Below, piece after piece: positions 1 through 7,395 of a stretch of DNA of 64,000 nt (within the stretch, counting starts at the first letter, position 1; the number at the start of each line of letters is the position of its first letter). The position numbers and the translations under genes were made by a program. The DNA is from Prevotella sp. (GTDB lineage Bacteria; Bacteroidota; Bacteroidia; Bacteroidales; Bacteroidaceae), in NCBI GenBank assembly GCA_017455495.1, contig JAFTAR010000198.1:9536-73535 (forward strand). Reading direction: 5' to 3'. The notes under the pieces are model-generated. The model was given only the letters and a program-made list of their open reading frames with translations, was not told the DNA's origin and did no database searches.

Positions 1-160
1 CAAGCACTTCCTTTGCTGGTATGTATTCGAAGCCTCCGTTGGCATCCGACACTACGATGGTTTCATCGTGGAGCGCCTTCTCCTCCAGCATCCGCTTCTC
101 GGCCAATCGCAACCCAGACTCAAGCTTGCGGGTAAAATTCTTAACCTCTCTATTTGACAT
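1..160 (-). CDS. small hypothetical protein coupled to the zeta-like ATPase (3' end outside window)
   Basis: Not in the ORF track. ATG at 160 overlaps the end of the upstream ORF and reads MSNREVKNFTRKLESGLRLAEKRMLEEKALHDETIVVSDANGGFEYIPAKEVL, open to the window edge. Confidence 0.7.
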   Translation of the reverse strand, partial: MSNREVKNFTRKLESGLRLAEKRMLEEKALHDETIVVSDANGGFEYIPAKEVL

Positions 161-725
161 AAGTCTTTATTTTTTCGTATGAAATGTTTTCCAGTATTTC
201 TGTCTTGGCATTCAGCCCACCGGTGGCCACGGTGCGACGGGGTGTCTCGCTGTTGTCAAAGATGCCCCAGTAGTCCACAAGCGGTATGAACAGCGTAAAC
301 AGGTTGTTTATGCCGGCGGCATACCGGCGTGTAATGGTGCTCTTAGGGATGTCGTGACCGCCCTTGGCCACCCTCTCGGCCACCCTGCGCATGGCCAGCT
401 GCGGGCTGTTCAGCCAGAAGTAGAGCAGGCTCACGCGGTAGTCCCTTTCCTTGGCACGGTGAACCAGGTTAACGTAAGAACGCGTGGCCAGAGTCGTCTC
501 TATTGAGAAACTCTCGTCACGCGCCAAAAGGTCGTCTATGCGCTGAAGCATCAGTCGCCCTGCCTCTATTGCCACGCTCGTGGGGTTGAACGGTGACAGG
601 CCGCGGGCTATCTCATCGGCATTTACAAACTCCTTGCACCCAAGAATCTCGGGCAACACGGTATAGGAGGCCGTGGTTTTACCCGCCCCGTTGCAGCCGC
701 TGATGATGTACAGATTCTTAGACAT
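150..725 (-). CDS. zeta-toxin-like / AAA_33 P-loop ATPase (COG4185 type)
   Basis: Walker A GCNGAGKTT, FVNADEIA, ETTL and RVAKGGHDIP motifs. Likely start MSKNL at 725. Confidence 0.85.
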   Translation of the reverse strand: MSKNLYIISGCNGAGKTTASYTVLPEILGCKEFVNADEIARGLSPFNPTSVAIEAGRLMLQRIDDLLARDESFSIETTLATRSYVNLVHRAKERDYRVSLLYFWLNSPQLAMRRVAERVAKGGHDIPKSTITRRYAAGINNLFTLFIPLVDYWGIFDNSETPRRTVATGGLNAKTEILENISYEKIKTYVK

Positions 726-749
726 AAATCGCTGCAAAGTTAGTAAAAA

Positions 750-781
750 GTTAGGAGTTAGGAGTTAGGAGTTGGGAGTTA
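750..781 (+). repeat. heptamer tandem repeat (GTTAGGA)n
   Basis: gttaggagttaggagttaggagttgggagtt in the intergenic region. Confidence 0.85.
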
Positions 782-879
782 TCCGCTTCGGCTTAACATT
801 TTTTATTTGTTTACTCGGCCTTATCGGCACAAACTTTATTTTTTTAGGAAAAGATAGGGCCGTTGTCGGTTTTTATTCG

Positions 880-887
880 TACCTTTG
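880..887 (+). promoter_or_regulatory. Bacteroidota housekeeping promoter -7 element
   Basis: TACCTTTG(CA) matches TAnnTTTG and lies just upstream of ATG 901. Confidence 0.7.
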
Positions 888-900
888 CAATCTGAAAGCC

Positions 901-1350
901 ATGGAACTAATGATGAAAAGAGCCAACGGTATAGTTGCGGTGCTTATAGCCGCGGCAGTAATGTCCTTCATTGCCTGTGACAAGAGCAGCAAGACGGCTG
1001 ACAGCCAGGATGGACAACTGCCGGAAGCGGAAGTGATTGCCAACGAACCTGTTGTTTACGAAGCAGAACCGGATGAGAATGAGGGTGAGGTGTGGGCTGA
1101 CATAGGCGGCACCTACCCATATAGTCGTGGCGATACCGTAATCATTGTTACATCCCTTGGCCGTGAAAGCAGCGTTAATATTAACGGCGAGGACTTCAAA
1201 GCCGCCATTGATGCCGTGACGGGAAGAATAAACGCAATGGATGATGACGGAAAACTGGTCTTTTCAGGTTTCATGTATAACGGGGCTACCGTTCTCAAGG
1301 GCAATCTGCGTGGCGACTCAATACGCTTTGAAGGGATGATAGAATTGTAA
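901..1350 (+). CDS. hypothetical lipoprotein
   Basis: Basic N-terminus, hydrophobic stretch and lipobox FIA-C. Start moved from 772 because the promoter motif lies at 880. Confidence 0.7.
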   Translation: MELMMKRANGIVAVLIAAAVMSFIACDKSSKTADSQDGQLPEAEVIANEPVVYEAEPDENEGEVWADIGGTYPYSRGDTVIIVTSLGRESSVNINGEDFKAAIDAVTGRINAMDDDGKLVFSGFMYNGATVLKGNLRGDSIRFEGMIEL

Positions 1351-1354
1351 TTTT

Positions 1355-2689
1355 ATGAACTGGACAGAACTTATTTCCAACTGCCGCTTAGGCCAGGAGC
1401 ACCGGCACCCTGAGCGCCATGACGACCGCACGGAGTTCAAGCGCGACTATGACCGGCTCATCTTCTCGGCCCCTTTCCGCCGTCTGCAGAACAAGACTCA
1501 GGTGTTTCCCCTGCCTGGCAGCGTGTTTGTGCACAACCGCCTCACCCATTCCCTTGAGGTGGCATCGGTAGGCATGTCGCTCGGCAACGACGTGGCTCGC
1601 CGCCTCTGCCAGCTCAATCCCTCCTTTCGCGACACCCTGGTGCCGGAGATAGGGCAGATAGTGGCTACGGCCTGCCTGGCCCACGACCTGGGAAACCCGC
1701 CTTTTGGCCATTCGGGCGAGAAGGCCATACAGACATTCTTCTCTGAGGGCAAGGGCGCTTACCTGCAGAGTCTGGTGTCGCCAGCCTTCTGGGCCGACGT
1801 CACCTGCTTCGACGGCAATGCCAACGCCTTCCGACTGCTCACCCACAGCTTCAAGGGACGCCGTCAGGGCGGCTTCGCCATGACCTACAGCACCCTGGCA
1901 AGCATAGTGAAATATCCCTTCCCCGCTACATCGTCTACGAAGAAGAAGTTCGGCTTCTTCACCTCAGAGCGCGAGTCGTATATAGCAGTGGCCAACCGTT
2001 TGGGCATACCCCGCATCAGCCAGGAAGGCGAACCGGAGCGCTGGGCCAGGTACCCGCTGGTATACCTCGTGGAGGCTGCCGACGACATCTGCTACGAGAT
2101 AATGGACCTTGAGGATGCCTACAAGCTGAAGATTCTCACCTACGACGAGACAGCAGGGCTGATGCTGAGCTTCTTCGGCCAAGAGGAGCAAGAGCGTATC
2201 AAGAGGCGTATCAGCGACGAGCTGCTGTCCGACCCCAACGAGAAGATACAATATCTAAGGGCCTGCGTCATTGGCAAGCTTGAGAATGAGTGCGTCAACA
2301 CCTTCATGGGCCACGAGGAGGAAATCATGGCTGGCACGTTCAGCGGCTCGCTGATAGACAACATCTCCGAGCCTCAGCGCCTGGCCTACAAGCAGTGTGC
2401 CTCTCTGTCAAGGCAGCGCATATACAAGAGCCAGCCAGTGCTCGACGTGGAGCTGTCAGGCTACCGCATCATGGCTACCCTCATGGAGCTTATGGTGGAG
2501 GCCATAGAGCATCCCGACCGTTACTACTCACAGCAGCTCATAGGGCGCGTCAGCAGCCAGTACGACATCGGCAGCGAAGACCTGGAGACACGCCTTATGG
2601 CTGTGGTGGACTACATCAGCGGCATGACCGATGTCTATGCCCTTGACGTCTACCAGAAGATATGCGGCATAAGCCTGCCTATAGTCTAA
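1355..2689 (+). CDS. dgt: deoxyguanosinetriphosphate triphosphohydrolase (HD family)
   Basis: FRRLQNKTQVF, RLTHSLEV, HDLGNPPFGHSGE, ADDICY and DYISGMTD motifs. Confidence 0.95.
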   Translation: MNWTELISNCRLGQEHRHPERHDDRTEFKRDYDRLIFSAPFRRLQNKTQVFPLPGSVFVHNRLTHSLEVASVGMSLGNDVARRLCQLNPSFRDTLVPEIGQIVATACLAHDLGNPPFGHSGEKAIQTFFSEGKGAYLQSLVSPAFWADVTCFDGNANAFRLLTHSFKGRRQGGFAMTYSTLASIVKYPFPATSSTKKKFGFFTSERESYIAVANRLGIPRISQEGEPERWARYPLVYLVEAADDICYEIMDLEDAYKLKILTYDETAGLMLSFFGQEEQERIKRRISDELLSDPNEKIQYLRACVIGKLENECVNTFMGHEEEIMAGTFSGSLIDNISEPQRLAYKQCASLSRQRIYKSQPVLDVELSGYRIMATLMELMVEAIEHPDRYYSQQLIGRVSSQYDIGSEDLETRLMAVVDYISGMTDVYALDVYQKICGISLPIV

Positions 2690-4104
2690 ATACCAAGGAA
2701 TCGCTGCTCTATGCCTTGCTCGCGATGGCATAGCAGCACATCAATCTCGGGGAAACTCTGGTGAAGATGCTCGGCCAGATGCTGGGCACTGTATACAGAG
2801 CGGTGCTGACCACCTGTGCATCCGAAGGAGAACATAAGATTGGTGAATCCCCGCTCTATGTAGCGCCTCACATGGGCATCGGCCAAGGTGTATACGCTGT
2901 CAAGGAAACTGAGTATCTCGCCGTCGTCCTCCAAGAATTTTATAACGGGCTGGTCCAAGCCTGTCAGCTTCTTATACTGCTCGTAGCGGCCGGGATTGTT
3001 GGTGCCGCGGCAGTCGAAGACATACCCGCCACCGTGCCCGCTGTCATCCTGGGGGATGCCTTTCTTGTAGGAGAAGCTGTTCACCCTTACCGTCAGCTTT
3101 TTCTTTGTTAGCCGCTTGATAACGTCAACAAGCGTTGGGTATGGGAAATCATGAGTTTCAATAATCTGGCGCAGACTGTCAAGAGCCGGAGGTATGGAGT
3201 CAATGAAGTGCTGCTTTCGCTCAAAGTAGCCCCTGAAGCCGTATGCACCGAGCACTTGAAGCAGGCGGAACAGCACGAAGGGCATCAGCTCTCTGCCAAA
3301 CTCCTCGCGCGACGGCTTCGTGCCATATTTACCGGCTACCTCCTCGTAGTAGATGTCAAGCAGCTCCTGCCTCAGCGTGTAAGGATAGCGGGCCGATGCC
3401 TGCCAGAGAAACGATGCCAGGTCGTAGTATACCGGTCCGCGCCGTCCGCCCTGGAAGTCTATGAACACAGGCCGGTCCTCTGGAGTAAGCATTACGTTGC
3501 GGGCCTGGAAGTCGCGATACATGAATGTGTCCCACTGTTTCCCCGTCAGATTCTCCGCCATCAGCCGGAAGTCCTCCTCAAGCCGCAGCTCGTGAAAGTC
3601 AATGCCAGTGGCTTTCAGGTAGCAGTACTTGAAGTAGTTCAAGTCGAACATCACGTTCGTCCTGTCAAACTCTGGCTGAGGGTAGCACACGCTGAAATCC
3701 AGTCCCCGCGCCCCTTCATACTGTATCCGCGGCAGCTGTCTTATGCAGTCGGACAGCAGCCGGCGCTCCTCCTCGTTATAGTTTCCGCCGCTGCCGCGCC
3801 CCTGCTGCAGGGCATCAAACAGCGAACGGGCCCCCAGGTCCTGCTGCAGGTAGCACATCTCGTCGGCACTCACTGCCAACACCTGCGGCACAGGAAGTCC
3901 GCCCTCGTGGAAATGGCGGGCCAGGGTTATGAAGGCATGGTTCTCCTCGCGGCTGGTGCCAACGCAGCCTATCACAGTCTCACCGCTATCTTTGTGCCAC
4001 AAACGGTAATAGGCACGGTTGCTGCCGGCTCCAGCCAGCTTCTCTGTCTTCTCGGCATCATTACCGCTCCACTGGCGGTAAAGGGTTTGCAGTTCTTTTG
4101 TCAT
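2686..4104 (-). CDS. APH/AmgK-like phosphotransferase fused to a RapZ C-terminal-like domain
   Basis: GSNRAYYR, YRDFQARNVM and IDFQG kinase motifs. C-terminal SFSYKKG, FDCR..NPG and GCTGGQHRSV motifs. Start approximate. Confidence 0.85.
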   Translation of the reverse strand: MTKELQTLYRQWSGNDAEKTEKLAGAGSNRAYYRLWHKDSGETVIGCVGTSREENHAFITLARHFHEGGLPVPQVLAVSADEMCYLQQDLGARSLFDALQQGRGSGGNYNEEERRLLSDCIRQLPRIQYEGARGLDFSVCYPQPEFDRTNVMFDLNYFKYCYLKATGIDFHELRLEEDFRLMAENLTGKQWDTFMYRDFQARNVMLTPEDRPVFIDFQGGRRGPVYYDLASFLWQASARYPYTLRQELLDIYYEEVAGKYGTKPSREEFGRELMPFVLFRLLQVLGAYGFRGYFERKQHFIDSIPPALDSLRQIIETHDFPYPTLVDVIKRLTKKKLTVRVNSFSYKKGIPQDDSGHGGGYVFDCRGTNNPGRYEQYKKLTGLDQPVIKFLEDDGEILSFLDSVYTLADAHVRRYIERGFTNLMFSFGCTGGQHRSVYSAQHLAEHLHQSFPEIDVLLCHREQGIEQRFLGI

Positions 4105-4236
4105 GGTCATTCTAATTATCCTGCTTGACTCAAAATTCTGCCACAAAGGTAGTGCTTTTTCTCCAAACTGCCAGCCTCTTCACGCAAATAATTTTCAACG
4201 GCTCATTTTCATTTCCTTCTAAAAGCAATTTTTCCA

Positions 4237-4314
4237 GAAGGAAAGTGGGACAACGAGAAGAACGAAGCTATATTGAAAGAACATCTTCGCACGCCATACA
4301 AATATGCCAAATAG
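4237..4314 (+). pseudogene. 3' remnant of a small antitoxin-like gene
   Basis: Reads EGKWDNEKNEAILKEHLRTPYKYAK*, a tail I recognise from small Bacteroidales proteins upstream of PIN genes. No start or 5' part is present, and the end overlaps the PIN ATG. Confidence 0.55.
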
Positions 4315-4472
4315 GAGAATCGTGCTCAACACCAATTGCCTGCTTGCCTCATTGTCGAGGCAGGGTGGTGTCGGACGATTCTCACTTCAACGTACTGCGC
4401 GACATAACTTTTCCACAGCTGCTATTACTCAGGCTGAAAGAGTTCATGGAAACATTGCAAAAGGAGAAATAG
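4304..4472 (+). pseudogene. internally deleted PIN-domain toxin
   Basis: N-terminus MPNRRIVLNTNCLLASLSR (VLDTN motif with D>N) is joined out of frame to a C-terminal piece VVSDDSHFNVLRDITFPQLLLLRLKEFMETL. Confidence 0.7.
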
Positions 4473-4729
4473 TAAACGTAGGTCAAAACCGTAAATGAGC
4501 GGATAAATAAATATGCAATGACGGCTCATCCTCACGGACGGACCGCCATTTCTAACTTTTTTAAAACTATGCTTCGCCTGAGTCCTCGCGGATTAAGGCT
4601 CGGAAATCTAAGAAAATGATATGCTGCACAAACCTTTGCAACCATGCCGGCTGCAAGCAGCGACAGCTATCAAAACTACTAAAAAATACTCCTCGTTCAA
4701 CTCCATCATGTGGGCGAACTCGGAAACAA

Positions 4730-4768
4730 AGCTGCACGGCGAAACCCTCACGGGCTGGCCGTGCAGCT
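4730..4768 (-). terminator. intrinsic terminator-like hairpin
   Basis: AGCTGCACGGC / GCCGTGCAGCT stem with a GTGA loop on the minus strand, followed by TTGTTT, downstream of the ORF ending at 4817. Confidence 0.65.
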
Positions 4769-4816
4769 CATTATCGCTCAAACTATAGACATTTGGACTA
4801 TAGCCTTCAAAAGTTC

Positions 4817-4981
4817 TTAATAATCTTCTTCGTCATCGTCGTCCCATAAAGAACCACCTCTGCGTGAAAGGTTACCAGAAGTCTCTGTTGTAGAGCCTCC
4901 GTAGCCAGGGGATGCGGCTACCATCTGTGCTGTCTGCACTTTGACAATCTTTATTTCCGGATTCTGATATATCTTTTTCAT
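4817..4981 (-). CDS. small acidic-tailed peptide (MKKxYxxP-type, 54 aa)
   Basis: MKKIYQNPEIKIVKVQTAQMVAASPG...WDDDDEEDY, preceded by AGGAGG. In frame with the upstream gene. Confidence 0.65.
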   Translation of the reverse strand: MKKIYQNPEIKIVKVQTAQMVAASPGYGGSTTETSGNLSRRGGSLWDDDDEEDY

Positions 4982-6751
4982 AGTTATGTCCTCCTTTTCC
5001 CTTTTTTTAATGACTTTCTTTCCGTTCACGATATAAAGTCCCTTCGTAGGCTGAGCCGCACGCTGACCGTTCAGGTTGTAGCATCCATTAACAGTTACCC
5101 CTGAGTTCTGGACCGAATTAATGTCCGTAGTGTCGTCACCGAACCAGAAGAATGTTGGACGTGCGCCAGATGCATCAAACCCTGCAGGCAGGTAGGCGGT
5201 GTTGGCACCTACGGTGAAGGAGTTGCTGTTCAGGTAGAAACCAAGTCCGTTGGTAGCATCGTTCATCAGCACATAGCCACCTTCAGCAGCCAGTTCATAC
5301 TCAGCAGTCTTGCCTTCAAGTTTGTTGGCTGTAACATCGAAATTGCTGCTTGTGGCAACAGGTATTGCACACTCGCCATTACCCTTAAGCAGCAGGCCAG
5401 TACCAGCAGGAACTGCACCTGTCACCTCCGTCTTGGTCAATACACCGCTGGTACCACCTGTCACGATGTAGGCAGCGTCAAGGTTCTCAATAGCAGACGA
5501 GAAATCGAGATTATATGGTGAGCAATAAGTTGCCCAGCCTGCAGAGGTGATGCTCTTGATAACGGATGCAGGAAGGTCGCCAGTACGTCTTATAATAAGA
5601 TAGTCAACGGATGCTCCATTAGCATTATTACCAAATACAATATCTGAATTGTCCGTAATCACGGTAAATGGAACTTCTCCATCGGGTGTTGTTGCCAACT
5701 CAACATCTTTTTGCTGAGTAATTGTTGCTAACCGTTCGCCTGAAGTGGATCCAAGGAATGGACTAATCGCCCGATTTGCAGTAATCTTTTCTCCGAAACG
5801 TACATACAAACTGTATACGCCTGCATTTAAGGTTTTATGAGCTGTTGCATTGTTTTGAACTATATATTGGGAATAAGCTCCTCCAGAGTGAGTGTCAGAA
5901 TTCTTCGCCTGAGAAATCTTCTCGCCTTCTATGAAATATACAATGTCAGAAGCTACTTTGTAGGACACGTTAAACGTAGTAGTTGTAGCCGGCATTACGA
6001 AGCTCTTTCCATAAGTAGTAACAGCATCGTCATTCAATTCATAGTAAACGCCATCCTTGGAAACAACTTGATTGATGCCGGTGATATTTACGTCATCACC
6101 ACTTTTGGCAAATCCTGATGTAATTTCAGTAATAACAGAGCCTTCTCCATCTACAGCATTCACGGTATAAGGCAATCCACTTACATCTTCAACAACGACA
6201 GTTTTAAGTGCAACTGTTTTATAGTCGTTCTTGCTTGCAGCAAAGGCAATTGTTACTGTAATGCCGTCTTCAGTATCATTAGTATAGGAATAATCGCCGG
6301 TACCACTGAGCGACCCAAGCTTAGTAGTTCCGTTGTAGAAATTGCAGGTTCGATTGTAGTCATTAACGGATACCGTGATTTTGTGGCTTGCGGGCACATT
6401 TACCTTTATATAATTATTCTCTGCAACATCAACTGTTGCTGCCTGATAAACAGCATTGATACCCAATGCATTATTGCCGCCATAATTGAATCTTGCCCCA
6501 TCTTCAACGAACTTAATGCCAACGGCAATGGTTGATGAAGATGATGCATCTGTTCCATCGGCAAGATACCAATGCTCAGAGCCGTCAGCGCACGTTTTGT
6601 AATTTGAACTTTTGCCTCCGCTTGTTTGATTGCCCCACACGGATGTGTTGGTGAAATCGAATGTGGCATCTGCCCACGACGCACTTGCCCCCGCGCACAG
6701 CCCTGCTGCGACGAGGAACACTCTCATTGATTTGAGTAGTTTTGTTTTCAT
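4817..6751 (-). CDS. secreted protein with Prevotella-type C-terminal sorting tail, read through into the small peptide
   Basis: Signal peptide ending ASWA, GWATYCSPYNLDFS and VPAGTGLLL motifs, tail YNLNGQR...KGLYIVNGKKVIK. No stop follows the tail. Confidence 0.8.
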   Translation of the reverse strand: MKTKLLKSMRVFLVAAGLCAGASASWADATFDFTNTSVWGNQTSGGKSSNYKTCADGSEHWYLADGTDASSSSTIAVGIKFVEDGARFNYGGNNALGINAVYQAATVDVAENNYIKVNVPASHKITVSVNDYNRTCNFYNGTTKLGSLSGTGDYSYTNDTEDGITVTIAFAASKNDYKTVALKTVVVEDVSGLPYTVNAVDGEGSVITEITSGFAKSGDDVNITGINQVVSKDGVYYELNDDAVTTYGKSFVMPATTTTFNVSYKVASDIVYFIEGEKISQAKNSDTHSGGAYSQYIVQNNATAHKTLNAGVYSLYVRFGEKITANRAISPFLGSTSGERLATITQQKDVELATTPDGEVPFTVITDNSDIVFGNNANGASVDYLIIRRTGDLPASVIKSITSAGWATYCSPYNLDFSSAIENLDAAYIVTGGTSGVLTKTEVTGAVPAGTGLLLKGNGECAIPVATSSNFDVTANKLEGKTAEYELAAEGGYVLMNDATNGLGFYLNSNSFTVGANTAYLPAGFDASGARPTFFWFGDDTTDINSVQNSGVTVNGCYNLNGQRAAQPTKGLYIVNGKKVIKKREKEDITMKKIYQNPEIKIVKVQTAQMVAASPGYGGSTTETSGNLSRRGGSLWDDDDEEDY

Positions 6752-6852
6752 TGTGTTTAAAATTAGTTGTAATTATTAGTAGTGTTGTAGTGTATATACT
6801 TCTCTAAGTATACTTGGTACTGGGGAAAAAGGCTCAGAAGTGTATATACACT

Positions 6853-7036
6853 AAAAAGCGCAGACCCGTCCATATCTCACTCGGGCCTACCACAGCCCCT
6901 AATACTCTATGGGTGAAGCCTGCGCTTATGACGCAGCTTCAACGAGTATTAGGTCTTGCTCGTAAAATCTCGGTTTCGAGGTGGTAGTTCGAGTGAGAAA
7001 TTGAGCAGTAAAATGTCGTGTTCCTTACGAAACACG
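6853..7036 (-). ncRNA. candidate structured cis-regulatory leader RNA (unassigned family)
   Basis: Nested complementary blocks 6875-6893/6981-6998, 6898-6907/6944-6953 and 6914-6924/6932-6941. Starts just downstream of a TACCTTTG promoter at about 7041-7048 (minus). Confidence 0.6.
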
Positions 7037-7161
7037 GCGGCAAAGGTACTCAAAAAAAACTAACAGCCAAAGTCATTCCACAACTTTTTTCAGTAATGGT
7101 CAAAAAGTCAAGGCGAAAAATCAAGAATGAAGAAAGCGAGCGAGCTGTGGCGACCAGATAA

Positions 7162-7336
7162 TTCTAACCTGAATTATTCATGAGAATTACGAGGTCTAAT
7201 AGAATGTCTTTGGTTTTTAAACATGAATGCCCATGAATTAAATATAAATTATTCAAAAATAAATTTATGAAAAATTCGTGTCTAATTAATGGCAATTAGT
7301 GTGAAAAAGAAAAAACCGTGAATAATGTAATCTAAA
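7162..7336. repeat. AT-rich MITE/REP-like element, family A, copy 1
   Basis: Starts TTCTAACCTGAATTATTCATG and ends GTGAATAATGTAATCTAA. Colinear with 50872-51046. Confidence 0.8.
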
Positions 7337-7395
7337 AACTACAGAATTATTTTTGAACTATGCCCGTTTTTCCGTACCTTTGCATGATATTTAAG

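Noticed and set aside
1355-2689. Anti-phage dGTPase
   Set aside because: It looks like the ordinary housekeeping dgt in codon style and context, with no defence-island evidence.
3151-4128. Long antisense ORFs (also 40469-41824, 34376-35389, 60186-61157)
   Set aside because: These are shadow frames of GC-rich genes on the other strand and carry no motifs.
6853-7036. tRNA or known riboswitch
   Set aside because: There is no cloverleaf context and none of the TPP, cobalamin, FMN or SAM signatures I can recognise. It is kept as an unassigned leader.
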